Shown one piece after another: positions 46,460-62,432 of a stretch of 64,000 nt of DNA. Numbering within the stretch: position 1 is the first letter of the stretch; each line of letters starts with the position of its first letter. Both the position numbers and the translations under genes were made by a program. Below the pieces are notes generated by a model. That model worked only from the letters and a program-made list of their open reading frames with translations, ran no database searches and had not been told where the DNA came from. The DNA is from the human T2T-CHM13v2.0 reference genome, Homo sapiens, in assembly GCF_009914755.1 (NCBI RefSeq), contig NC_060933.1, one strand, 5' to 3'.

Positions 46460-47609
46460 TAGTTTTCTTTATATTGTAGTAAAGGCAATATATGAATTTT
46501 TTTTGAAAGAGTATTTTGAATTTCATTTCAGGATCTCCAACCAGGTATTATAAAACATCTGTTATTAAAAACCGGTGTTGGATCTGAATGGGTTTAGACC
46601 TTGCCATGTATCAAATCCTTAAAACAATCTGTTCCACAGACTGCACTCTGGCCAGTTTTCGAAGCCCCCCACCTCACCCCTAGTACTTAAAATCCTTTCC
46701 TCCTGCTGCTGCTTAGATATAGAGAAGCCTTCCCAGGATTGACTCTGCAGCCCCACCCTGCACCCACAGCCCTCTCTGCCTCCTTGGGCCCCTCCTACTC
46801 ACCATGCCTCCTCCCAGTGCGTTCTGCTCACCTCCTACATCCCCTTCCCTCTCCTCACCTACTAAAGCCCGAATTGCTCTTCCGGTGTCAGCTCCAGCAA
46901 GACCACCTCATGTCCGTTTGCCATGACCTAACTAGCCACCCTTCTCCCAGGGCGTGGTCTCTCGGTCTAAGGAAGTACTGACTGATGGCTGTTTGCCTCC
47001 TGAACCATCTGAGCACCACTGTGTGCCCAGCACAGCACAGACAGTGCCCAGCGCACACAGGCATTCCATTTGTTGAATGGAGGGGTGGGGGAACAGAGAA
47101 AAAACTACCACCAGAGGCTCCTGGTTTCCAGTCCAAGGATGAGTGTTTACAGTAGTGACTTCCAGAGTTCTGAAAGGTATATACATTCGCCTTGGTACAA
47201 TGGCTCTGCTGTTTAGGTGAAACCTTTCATACTTCATTTCTCCCCAAAAGTTTTACATTTTAAGAACCCTCTATACAACAGAGAGGACATTTATTAGATA
47301 AAAAAAATTTCCCCAGCTTATATGAACCTTCTTTGTTTCTTAATAAACACTTATCTTATTTTTAGGATGATTTATACAAGTTAGTAGCTATCTGCTCCAT
47401 GCAGTATAGCTACTGATAATAATATGTATTTTATATTTAAAATTTTTCTTTTATTTCGGTGTAAATTCAGAGGATAAACCTCTCATTTCTAAGTTTTCAT
47501 GGTCAGATCTTCAAGATTACAGATGAATGCAAACAGATGCTATTACAAATACCAGTGAATACCTGGCGTTTGAAAATCCGGCACATGAACCACTGGGAGT
47601 TCATGCACG

Positions 47610-48110
47610 GTAGCAGTCAGGGACCCTGGATCTCAGAGCAAAGCTGCTGGGGTTCACATTAGTACCCACCACTTACTGGCTACATTACCCTAGGAAGCTC
47701 AACTCACCTATCTAATGAACCTGAGTTTTCTCAACCACAAAATAGGGATATAATAATAGTTCCTAACTCAGAGAGTTGGTGAGGGAATTAATTGGGGTAA
47801 GTCTCATTTCAAAATGTGCGAAACTTTGTAAGCAGTCAATAAGTGTGTGTTATAAACAATTTTATGGCAGTTGTCCATCCACAAGCCATGGTGTAAACTA
47901 TCAAGGAGGTCTAAGCAGCTGTTTACGGGAGAGTGGCAAGACGAACAGCAGAGTCAGGGATGTGAGGACTTGATCCAGCTCCTTCATTTACCAAATGGGG
48001 AATTTCAGGCAAATGCCTTACATTTCTCATCTCATCTATAACATGGAGATAATTATATCTGCCCTGGGGTATCATGAGGTTGTTGTGAGAATTAAATGAG
48101 ATATATGAAT
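47610..48110 (+). mobile_element. Two MIR fragments
   Basis: MIR core ctgagttttctca..aaaatagggata..taatagt..gagagttggtgagg and gttgttgtgagaattaaatgagat. Confidence 0.6.
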
Positions 48111-49701
48111 TTGCTTCAAAATTTACAAAACAGCATTAAAATCTAAAGTATTAATGTAATTGTTATTTTCATTAGAAATTCACTATTCTTCAAGTAACTT
48201 ATGCATATAACAAGCGGATGACATATAAATAACAGACCATGTTTTCTTAAAAAATATACTCACCTAAGGAATAAAAGGCGCATATTTTAACTTCAAGATA
48301 TTTATTTGAACCAGGAATAAAACCGTCTCAATCATGAACATAGTCAAGTGTTCTTTTAAATTCAGACAGATAAAAAGCACTCTCCAGAACACGTCAACTA
48401 AGATTATGCTGAGCTGTAAACTGTAGTACATTTCCCATCAAGAAAGCAAATCTCTATAATGAATTGCCTTTTATAAATGTGGGCTGGTACTATGCAATGT
48501 AAAAATACAATTAACAAAAGAGAACATTTTTGAAAGTTTTCAACAATGTAGTATAAAGCATTTTAGGATAATTTGACTTGCTTCCTTTTTAAACAACATT
48601 TGAAGTACACGTTAATGCCAATAAAAAAAATTTTTTTTTTTGCACAAATCAAGAGGGAAAAAGCATACACATAGCACACACCCACCCGCTTGCACTGCTA
48701 GTCTCTCATCATTTCCAGCTCAGTTAACCTCTGTGAAACTAGTACAGGAAAAATAAACCATGCTGCTACTGTGGCTAACACCACACAACTTTTTAATGGA
48801 ACTGTTCCAAGGCGTGAAGTTCCATTTGAAAGTCACTAACAAAACCTTTGGAAATGTTAAGAAAAAAAGCAAGCCAAAGAATTGAAGGCCTGGCAAGTCT
48901 TGAAGCCCACACTTATCCACACTCATGAAAAGTAATCACAAGTCAAGTCTGGTTCTCTCTTTCCCTCCGTATTTTCTTCAAAGCAATCCACTAACAAAAT
49001 TGCGATTTCCTTTTTCAGTGAAAAAAAGAAAAGGATGAAGGAAAAAAAGACAGTCTGCATAAACAAAATGTAGGGAAAAAAATTTGTGCCACCACACAAG
49101 AACTACAATTATTTCTTAACTAATCCACACTGAAATCTGTTGGTTGAGTACCTAGTGATTTAAATTTGTTCCTTTTTGCGTAAGAAACAAACACCACACT
49201 CTAAAACTAGCCAAGACACAGAAGGCCACCTACTTAGATAGCTGTAGATCCTTTTTTAAGTCGCAGGTTTAAAGGTTTCCAAGCTTAAAAAGATTTCCAG
49301 AAACCAAGTACCTTAATACACTCCAAACCTCAGACTGGTGATATTGCATTACTTTCTATAAGATACACACTTATATTTTGCTTAAAGAAGCATTTGCAGC
49401 TTTAACCCATTTAATGTAATATATAAGGCAGATGGTTCTTGACAACTATAATCTTGGAAGAAAACTGAAAAAATCAATTAGGTGTTTGGCAGCACTCAAA
49501 AAACAGCCTAATAAGCTCATTGCCATGCAAATCACCTACAATGTTAAATATATAAAACTGCTGTATTAAGCTCGGAGAAGGAGGAAAATTTCCTCTTCAC
49601 TCATGTGACCGGAGACTAAAAGGAAGGCTCCAGGGGTGCTGCTGGCTGGGAAGAGAACTGGGGAAACTGCCCCAGTAGAGGTGGAGATGCCAGGGCAGAG
49701 G

Positions 49702-49928
49702 GAACTGGGCTTAACGGGGCAGGGCTGCCTCTAGAAAGAGCCAGCTTTTCTAGCACAGGTTAGGAGTGAGGCAGCAGAACTGGGCTTAACAGGGGGCAGG
49801 ACTGCCTCTAGAAAGAGCCAGCTTTTCTAGCACAGGTTAGGAGTGAGGCAGCAGAACTGGGCTTAACAGGGGCAGGGCTGCCTCTAGAACGAGGCAGCTT
49901 TTCTAGCACAGGTTAGGAGTGAGGCAGC
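49702..49928. repeat. Minisatellite, 3 x 75-77 bp, near-identical units
   Basis: Units at 49702, 49777, 49854: gaactgggcttaac(a)ggggcagggctgcctctagaaagagccagcttttctagcacaggttaggagtgaggcagca. Confidence 0.97.
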
Positions 49929-50530
49929 TTCCCACCAGTGAGTCAACCTTGCCATAAATTGCCAACAAATATGCTCAGGGCGAAAGAACCAGATCAGATG
50001 TTATGGGACTCTTTTTCTAATTACAGAAGTTTCTTCTGTGGGGCAGTTAGCCCCTTCCAATTAAGAAGTAATTACATTCTAAAGGATTGGTTACAAAGCA
50101 AGATAAACTAAAAATAGAAAGTGTGAAATAAGAATAAAGGCAAAAAATAATGGCTATTTTGCCAGTTACATTCTTTTTCTTCTTCATCCCCAAACTAGAA
50201 ATCAATTGAAAAGCAAAAAATATTAGGTAACTGAGGCAAATGTGGTTAGAAACATCCCAAGTATACACAAGAATGATGAGTTCTATCCTTACTGAAATTG
50301 CCATAGATTCCATGAATGGCATGAGATCACATATGAAAGATGGTAATCTACAATGTTTGTTAAAAGTCACATATTACAATTCAGATGGGTCCAGATTATG
50401 TCAAACTGCAAAGAAATATCAGCTAAATAAGTAAAAGGGATCATAACTCTAAAACCTATGACTCCTTATTAAATTTACAAGAGGACAGTGGCAGCTTTGC
50501 TTGATAATTTATTTATAAAAAGACACATGA

Positions 50531-50821
50531 GGCCAGGCACAGTGGCTCATGCCACTTTGTAATCCCAGAACTTTGGGAGGCTGAAGTGGGCAGATCACTT
50601 GAGCTCAGGAGTTCAAGACCAGCCTGGGCAACATAGCAAGACCCCATCTTTACAAAAAAATACAAAAATATAGCTGGGCATGGTGGCATGTGCCTGTGGT
50701 TCCAGCTACTTGGAAGGCTGAGGTGGAAGGATCGCTTGAGCCCAGAGCTGGAGGGCACTTCAGCCTCGTGGCTGGGTGACAGAACAAGACCCTGTCTCAA
50801 AAAAAAAAAAAAAAAAAAAAA
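50531..50821 (+). mobile_element. AluJ
   Basis: Alu with poly(A); degenerate TSD gacacatga/aacacctga. Confidence 0.9.
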
Positions 50822-50972
50822 CACCTGAAAATGTGAAGGAGACAGTTCATTAAAACCTCGTAACCGCAGGCTAATTTCACTACATTTTATATGCTCACTT
50901 GGCTAAAACTCTCAGAGAAGCCAATGGAAGTTTGATTTTAGAACCACAGCAATAATCCCAATTGTATATATT

Positions 50973-51412
50973 AGCAGTTCTTAAGTTTTCTGGTCTTGGG
51001 ATCCCAAAGCACTTTTTATTTTGGTTTTACCTATCACTATTTACTGTACTTGTAATCAAGCCTCAGAAAAATTTAAAATATTTATCTAGTAATTAATATG
51101 AGATAATAACCCTTTACATGTTAACAAAAATATTATTTATGAAAAAATATGTTTTCCAAAACAAAACAAAAAATTTTGAGTGGCACTGTTTTACATTTTT
51201 TTGCAAATCTCTTTAATGTTTGTCTCAATAGAAGACAGCTGTGTTCTCCTATCTGTTGCGGCATTCAATCTGTTGTGATATGTTGCTTTAGTTCAATTTA
51301 TAAAGAAAATCCAGCATAATAAAATTACATAGCTGGAAAAGGGAGGACCTTGTAGGCCTCCTGAAATAGTCTTGAAGACCCCAGAGTCCTTGGACCACAT
51401 TTTCAGAGCTGT
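50973..51412. mobile_element. hAT-Charlie fossil (MER119-like)
   Basis: gagtggcactgttttacattttttgcaaatctctttaatgt...aatagaagacagctg; ggaccacattttcagagctg end. Confidence 0.6.
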
Positions 51413-54400
51413 TAATCTATAACACAAAAACACAACAATGTATACTTACACTTAGGACAGAGTGGAGGGGATAACTGTAAATATCCCCAGGAGCAAAGAA
51501 GCACTGTGTCCAATAATAAGACACGGTTAGTATATGCTAATGTGTTCTTTATAGACAAAAGGCCAGGAAAGTAAAATAATTTCAACAATAGTAGTTTAAA
51601 CTTACGTAAAACATTGATCCTTTAATTTCACTGAAGGAACCACAAAAAACAATACATAGAACATTTAGTCTTCTAGGCGTCCATTACTCATGTCTATTAT
51701 ATGGCTATATATCTGTTTTATGAATGGAGTTCAAGAAGCTTCATCTATATAGACCCATGGATATCCATCACAAGGACATTAATTAGGCATTGGTAACTGG
51801 GAGATGTTCTGAGAGCATGCCTGTGAATAGAAATCTGCTAAACTTCCACTGGGTCTCAGGCAGCCCACTTGGTGGGAACCACAACATGAGTCTGAAATGA
51901 GGGATTAAGAACTTTCAAAACACAATTTTTGTGTGTAGGCGGGTTGGCCTTGGTGTCTTAATGCAAATCTGACACCCATCAGGAAGCTCAGGAAAGGGGA
52001 GACTAAACACTTAGTCGTAAGTATATGTTAACCAGTAATATGAAAATTAAATCTGTCAAAATCCTCGCTTTTGATATGGTTACCAAACTCCAAATGTTGA
52101 CTTCGAAAATCAAACCCAATCTGCCTTACCCCTACTCCATCTAAAATTAAATGTAATCCTTCAATTTATATAGAAGAAACACAAATCCAAGAGCAAGTTA
52201 AATTCAGCATCCTTAACTTGTCCCAGTTGCACCCAGACTCTGGAGTTCCAATCTCCTCTGCCACAGGGTCCCACATCAAACACCCGATGGCTCCCCATAA
52301 ACAGAATGGAACGTACCATAGAACAAAGGGAGCCCAAAATAGCTTCAAAATACCAAAGGGGATTAGCCAGCAATTTTTGTCTTAAATTAAGCTGTTATGA
52401 TCTAAAGCTTGGCAAGAAGCATCAGAATAGAGAATTAGATTAGCTTTATCACAAATGAAAATGACTAAAGCATTTTTAAAATGCTTTCATGAACAATAAC
52501 AAAACTCCAAAAATTATGTATAGCACTGCATTCTATACAGGTATGATTGTAAAAGGAAGTTATTCCTTCTAAAATGTATAATCACACCACTTTCTCTTTA
52601 AGCTGGTTTTGACAATGTCATTATAAATTCTAATTGTTAGCAATTCATTTTTAATCAGCTTATGTAAAAAAAGGTATAGTATACTATGACTTTAGTAAGG
52701 ACTGTATCTTATGATATATACATTTAAAGTATTTTTTTACATAGTTCTTTTACTCAATTATGTGTGCCTATATAAAATAGCAGCTAAGATGTCATATTTT
52801 ATATTTTAAAAAACTTGACAACTGTCTTTAATTATATATATGAAGACTAGGAACAGTGTCTATAATTTAAAGCAACAAGACAGCATCCCTTAAGGAAATC
52901 CCTAGGGAAGGAAAGAAGAGAAAGGTGCGCATCTGTAATATTAACTGTTCTTTATTAAAATATCTGTGTTTTTCCAAGTTTTTCTTTAAAAAAAAAAAAC
53001 ACTTTCAGAGAAAATGTTAAAGCTTCGGAATGATACATTTCCATTTGTACACATTTATTACTTAAAATAACTCCTCCCGAGAGAAACTAACCAAGAGCTT
53101 TACTAAACTCCATAATTCTCATTAATCAACAAAAACTAGTGACTTGCTTCTTTTATCAATATTCATTAACATTAAAGACTAAGATCATAAAAGCTTCAAA
53201 AAAATGGAAAGTAGAAGAACAAAACAGGCTAGCAAGAACAACATTTTTGAATGAGGAAGAAAAACTTTGCAGATGACTCAAATTTTCATTTAATCAAACA
53301 AACATCAAAGGAAACAAGCGGTAAAAGTTAAATTTTAAAAAAATAGTAAGGAAATAAATTGATTAAATTCAATTTACCAGGACTTATAATGAAAAGTTGC
53401 TAACTTCTCCAAAGAGCAAAATATCCTACCGGTCATTTTCAGCTTTTGTGCTGAAACAGGCTTCAGGAGTATTAAGAAATGTTTTATTTTGTTGCCCCAA
53501 ATAAAAGCTGGAAAAAGAAATACACAAAAGCATCATATGTAAAAAGGTTTTGCTGAAAAAGCAAACATTCTAAACAACGAAAATTTAGAGGAGGAGGCGG
53601 GAGAAGGAGGAAGGAGAAAGGAAAAGCAACCTAAAAGAAATGCTATACTTTTTCAAATTAAAAATCCTGAAAAGCCTGTGGAATGCTGTTTACTTGTGCT
53701 CTTGCAACGGGACTGGCCTGCCTGAAATGTCTGCGGACCATGACCACCCACACTATGGGAAGCATGATGATTAAAGAGTGTGCTGGATCTCGGTATCTGC
53801 CAGCGCGGTCTGTGCCATGTTGTAATTATTAAATTTGCAGTCTTTTTATAATCTGTTGCATGTGTTGTGGCAAGTCCCCTACATCGTCTAACAAGGAAAC
53901 CACTGAACATAAATAGCAAGTTATTTTTAATGTGCACAAATGGCTAAAAAACTGGACACTTTTAACATTACGCTTTCAATTTTCACAAAAATGGCTTAAC
54001 TTACCGTACATCTAACGCTGCAATGAAAATAGATATGCCACTCTAAATTCCCTTTCAAGCTCTTAAAGAAGATATACAGCCCAAGTTAAACCCCTTAACA
54101 GATAGCTAAGATACAGGTTAAACATGCACCAAGGGAACAATAAAATTCACCCTTACATCTGTCCAGTGATTAAACACACAGAAGAATACCAAGAAACATA
54201 GCAGTTGTAAAAATCTGCAGGTCTGTTTACCCCTAAACTTTTTTTTGTAACAAAAATTTGCTTTCCATTCTAATTTTGTTCATGATGACAGTAATGGGGT
54301 TGCAAAGACATGCTTTTCCAGGAGCATTATCCCAGGTACAGTGTATAAGGGTCAGTCAGGATACCCAGCATAGGAACTCAGAAAAAGAGGTGAACTAATG

Positions 54401-55499
54401 AATGGGAGTACAACCAAACCCTGCTCCACCCCCAGCCCCCAGCCCCACACTGCATGTCTTCTCTGTAGGAGCCAAGATAATATCAAGTTTGTTTTTTTTA
54501 AAGGTCAAGTCAGCTCAGCCAGAAATTGGCAGCCCAGCCTGGCTCAAAGGTGAGCAAGGAAGACCCTAAACCTCCACCTAAACTGGTCTATATCAGGGTG
54601 CCTGCCTTGGGAGGGGCAAGTGGGTGAACTCACATGAAGAGCTGGCCACAGCTTCTATCACTAAAAAGGAAAGAAACCATAAAGAAGAAAAGAAAACAAA
54701 AGAGCTATAAGAATTTTTTAAAAGATCCTTTCTAGAAGCATAAAGTCAAAACAACCAAAAAATCACAACTTCCATCTCTGTAGTGCTCCTGCCAAGAAGA
54801 ACCCTTTCATCTGGAGGACAGATGGCAGTCTCCTATCCCTCTGCCCAGTGATCAAAGTCCTTGAAGATTATTTGCACAGGTTAAGCAAGGAATGAAGGCT
54901 CTTCCTTCCCAAACATACCCACCAAAAGCCATAAAATCCTAAAACCACAAGACCGAGACTCAGAAAACCAACTTTGAACTGTGCTGGCCTCCAGGAGATG
55001 CAACATTGCCCATCTCCCTCCTAGACTGATGCTCCCTAGAACTCCGGGTGGCTCCACTACTCTGACTGAGCAGGTCAGACGGACAAATCCCGGGTGCCTT
55101 CTCATTGACAGTGTTACAACCTCTCCACTAGCCACCCCCACCTATTTCATTATATACTGTACCTGTGGCAAAATGTTACAAAGATAAGAAACAACACAAA
55201 GCTGCTGGAGCCATAAAGCAGTTTGTTTAGAGGCTTAATATAACTTAACAAATTTTACTTCATCCTAAGGAAGAGGAATGAAGGGTGAGTGTGTGTGTAC
55301 GTGTGTGTCTGTCTTTTCGGTGTTTATTTTAAAATTTTAATAATACAGACTAGACTACATTCAGGAGTGTGACACAAATGGCTCTAACTGTAGTATTTCA
55401 GCCTAGATGTTAAAAATCCATCTTCTAATAAACTTTGCAGGTAAGAGGTAAGGGACAGGAAAGTATTAAACTCTGTAAATGCCTTCTGCTAATCCAGAA

Positions 55500-55818
<319 letters not shown>

Positions 55819-55864
55819 TAAACCTTTTAACAGAAAAGTCACCCATATTATCTCCTACTATGCC

Positions 55865-56985
55865 ATTGCAAAGGATACTATCAAGAGAATTAAAAGAAAA
55901 GCCACAGAGTAGGAGAAAATATTTTAAAAAGACATATTCATATAAAGAACTGTTAAAACTTAACTAGAAGAAAACTACTTGATTAAAAAATGCACCAAAG
56001 ACTGTAATGGACACCTCGTCAAAGAAGATATACAAATGAAAAATAGCATACAAAAAGATGCTGCACATTATATGTCCTCAGGGAAATGCAAATTAAAACA
56101 ACGAGATACCACTATACACCTATTAAAATGGCCCAAATCCAGAACCCTGCTAACACCAAATGCTGATAAGGATGTATAACAACAGGAACTCTCATCCGCT
56201 GCTGATGGGGATGAAAAATGGTGCAGCCACTTTGGAAGACATTTTGGCAGTTTCTTATAAAACTAAGCATACCCTTACCATATTCTCCACCTATCATACT
56301 CCTTGATATTTACCCAAAAGAGTTGAAAACTTGTGTCCCCACAAACACCTGCACACAGATGTTTTTAGCATCTGTGTTTTAGTAAACACAGATGTTTTAC
56401 TCATAATTCCAAAACTTGAAAGCAACCAAGATGACCTTCGGTAGGTGAATGGATAAGCTGTAATATATCCAGACAATGGAATGTTATTTTGCACTTTAAA
56501 AATGAGCTACTAAATGATATTACTAAATGAAAGAAGCCAATCTGAAATGGCTAGATAATCTATGATTCCAACTACAGGACATTCTGGGGAAGGAAAAAAT
56601 GTGGATACAGTAAAAAGATCACTGGCTGCTAGGGATTAGGGAGAAGAGGGGAATGAACAGGGAGAGCACGAATAATTTCTAGGGCAGTGAAACTACGCTG
56701 TATGATACTGTAATGGTGGATATGTGTCATTGCTCATTTGCCCAAACCCATAGAATGTACACTACCCAGAGTGAGCCCTAATGTCAACTACAGACTCTGA
56801 ATGATAACGATGTGTCAGGACAGGTTCATCAGTTGTGACCAATGCATCCCTCTGGAGGGGACTGTTGATAACAGGGGAGGCTGTGCATGTGTAGGAATGG
56901 GTAGATATGGGAAATACCTGTACCTTCCACTCAATTTTGCTGCAAACCTAAAACTGCTTTAAAAAATAAAGTTTATTCTTTTTAA
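55865..56985 (+). mobile_element. L1MC-like 3' fragment
   Basis: ORF2 C-terminal remnants and L1MC1/2-type 3'UTR ending aaaaataaagtttatt. Confidence 0.8.
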
Positions 56986-59900
56986 AAGCCCATGTATGAA
57001 TTAAAACAAAATAAAATATGTCTATCTGTTGGGAGCAGTTCTCATTTCAGTAAATGGCAACTTGATGTAAAATCCTGGGAGTCTCCTTGATGTTCTTTCT
57101 CATCCGGCCCCCTTTATAAAATACACCATCAATATCTATTGATTATATTTCCAGACAAAATCTCCAATTCATCTGCTTCCCTCCATTCCAAGGTAATCAC
57201 TCTGGTTCAAGCCCTCATAACCCCTTGCCTGGCCTACTGCAATAACCTACTTCCACTCTGGCCTGCTCCAGCGAGCAGCCTGCTAAAGATTGTAACCTGA
57301 AATGTCTGCATCCAGACATACACCCAGAGAAACTCTTGCACATGTATACCAGGAAATATGCACAGAAATATTCAGAGCTCTACTGTTTGTAACAGCAAAA
57401 CCTGGAAATAAACACACTCTACCCTGGTACAAATGAATGCACACGACTACATGCACCAACATGAACAAATCTCAAAAAAATACACCATCAAGCAAACAAG
57501 CAGGTGGCAGAAGAATACATGTCATTATGTCTATATAAAATTTTAGAAACAGGAAAAATTAATATATATTATTTATGACTAAATCAATACATAGCAAAAC
57601 TATTTTTAAGAAAGCAAGGTGACAATAAATAGAAAATTCAAGATAGGAAGAGAGAATAGGATATGTGAGCAGGGACAGTTATGTGGATGATATTGAACAT
57701 ATCAGTAACATTCTATTCCTAACACTGGATGATAGATATGTGTTATTTATTATTTTTTAAATTATAAAATGATATACTTGGTTAAAAAAGCAAGAGAAGT
57801 CTCAATTAAAATGGTAAAAAAAAAATTCAGGCTTAATAAACCTTAATCAGAAACTCAGTTCCCTAACAATGACAATCACAATGACAATAATTAACATTTT
57901 TTGAGCACATAACATCAGGCATTGTTCTAAAAGCTTTACACACACACATACACATACACACTATATATAATCACTTAATCCAACAATCCTACGAGGTGGT
58001 AAAGTTATTTTGTCACTACAGATAGAAAACTGTAATTTCGAAAAGTTATATGACTTGCCCAGGGTAATAAGTAGTAAGTGACACACCAGGATTTGAACCC
58101 AGGCAATTAGCTGTGTTGCAGAGTACTTGGCATAGCCATTCCAAAATTCAGTCTCAATTTGGTTTAACTCCTTTTAAATCTGATCTAGATGCCCAACAAT
58201 TTGTTTCAACTTAACAATCTTAACAAATGGCAATTATTACAGAATGGAGACTCTGAAAACATGTCATATATATTCCATAAACTCTATCTATATACTAATA
58301 GGACAGGTTACAATAGATCTTTGTAACCTGAAAAATGTTAATTTTACCAAGGTCAAGTAGCATATTAATATATATACTAACCTCTAACACTACTTAAAAA
58401 TTTCTTGAAGGCTTACCAATTTTTTCAAAGGATTTTAAAGCACTCCAGTTGTCTTCAGGACTTCTAACCCTAGCAAGCTATTATATGTATCCTCCTGCTA
58501 CAGAAAACTAGAAAACTGAACAAAATATCTTCAGACACTTGACAACAGGCAGCACCAGACTGTGATCCTGAAAGCAGAAAAACCAATGAGGGAATCCCTA
58601 TGATTGGCCTGGCTTTCTGCCTGGGTGCACTTTCTGAATCAGGGCTGGAGAGCCATCGTGAGCAGAGCACAGAAGTTTCACTGAGTTAAGGAGACCAACA
58701 CTGGAGTCTGATAAGGCAAAGATAGCTACAATTTGAGAGCCAAGAGGAAACTAGATAGAGAAAAGGCTCCAGAAATCAACATGGGGGCTCTGAGTTTTTG
58801 GCTGAATAATAATCTGTGCATATGTAGGGTACTACTTGACCTTGTTATGCTACTTGACCTTAACATGCTACTTGGCCTTGGTAAAATTAATTATCTGTGC
58901 ATATGAAAGGGCAGATAAAATTAGCCCTGGAGAAAGGCCACTATAGACCTGCCCCAACAACGTTTACAAACAAGCTTGGAAAGGATAGACCTAATCTACA
59001 AAACATAAATGTCTGCCGGGATAAAACAACACTCTCTCTAAAAGAAGACAACATAATCAACACATTCATCAATGCAATGTTCATAATACCTGGCATCTAA
59101 TAAAAAGTTACTAGGTATGCTCAGAAGCAGTAAAATATGACCCATAACCAAAAAGAAAAGCAGCTTAAGGAAGCAGGCTGGAAATGGCAGAGATGATGGA
59201 AGTAGTAAAGACCTTAAACAATTACACGTATTATAGGTATTTAAAGAAAAACATAATCAGGAGAGAAATGAATGGTAAGAAAAAAAAAAAAAACCAGAAC
59301 CAGTCGCAACTTCTACAGATATAGAATACAATATATGAAATAAAAAATACACAAAGCAAAATTAAGCAGACTAAATACTTCAGGAGAAAGACTTAAAGAT
59401 TTAAAGTCATTCTTTCTTTAAACCTTTTTTTAAAAGAAAAATCTTTAGAAACTTAAAGACATAGCAATAAAACTATCCAAAAGGAAGCAGAGAGAGAAAA
59501 CAGATGGGGAAAATTATGACAAGAACCTCAATGATCTTTGGGAAAATCTCACGTAGGTTAACACTGATAGAATTCAAGTCCTAGGAAAGGGGGTACAGGA
59601 CAGAATAAGCACTTAAAGGAATGATAACTAAATTTTTTCCAAATCTGATGAAAACTATAAATGCACAAATAGAGGAATCTCGAAAGACTCCAGCTAGGAT
59701 GAACACAAAGAAAACCATACCATGATACATCATAATCAATCTTCTGAAAATCTATGATAAAGAAAAAATTCTTAAAAGCAGCCTAAGTAGAAAAAGATAC
59801 AGATGAACAAAGATAAAAATGACAACAGCCTTCTCAGAAACTATGCAAGACAGAGGTGAATGGAATTACCTCTTTAAAGTACCAAATAGCAAAGAAAAAA

Positions 59901-60356
59901 ACCTGTCGAATTAGAAATCTATCATGCAAAAATGAAGGTGAAATAAGGCCTCTTTCCGAGAAACCAAAGCTGAGAAAATTTGTCAGCAGCAGACATGCAC
60001 TCCAAGCAATGGTAAGAGAAACTCAAGAGGAAGGAAAGTGACATCACATGGAAATGTGTATCTGCAGGAAGAAAGGGAGAGTGCTGAAAAGGGAGAATCT
60101 GTGGGTAAACAGAAAAGATTTTTTCCTTACTTGTCAATGTTCTTAAAACAGTAATTTTGTTTAAAACTAATAATATACTGTGGGTTTATAAAATGTTTAG
60201 AAGTAAATGTACCACCACGATAAACAGAAGGGAGAGGAGATGTGGCTGTAGACTGTGATGAGGTTCTAATAGTATACACATATGTTATGCACTCTATTTT
60301 CAAGTAATATTTGTAGTCATGTATTATGCAAAATATGAATATTATAAATCCTAGAG

Positions 60357-60662
60357 CTGTGCTTCCCAACACAGTAGCCACTGACCACATGGGCAAATGA
60401 AAGCTTCAAATGTGGCTTGTCTGAACTGAGATAAGCTACAAGTTACACACTGAATTTCAAAGATTTAGTATGAGAAGGAGAACAAAGTATCTCATTCTGT
60501 TTATTTCGACTACATGTTGCAATGATATTTTCATTATACTGGGTTAAATAAAATATTTTTATAATTAATTTCATTTCTTTCTTTTGAGTTTTTCAATGTT
60601 GCTAATGGGAAATATGGGGGTCACAATTGTGGCTCACATTATATTTCTATAGGACACTGCTG
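60357..60662. mobile_element. MER33-like hAT-Charlie MITE
   Basis: gtagccact..ccacatg motif; 8-bp TSD tcctagag/ccctagag. Confidence 0.75.
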
Positions 60663-60744
60663 CCCTAGAGCAGCCAGTAAGAGATAAAAAGATATGCCTA
60701 ATAAGCAAAAAGTAGAGATGAAAGGAAACAGTAAAAACCATCAA

Positions 60745-62432
<1,688 letters not shown>

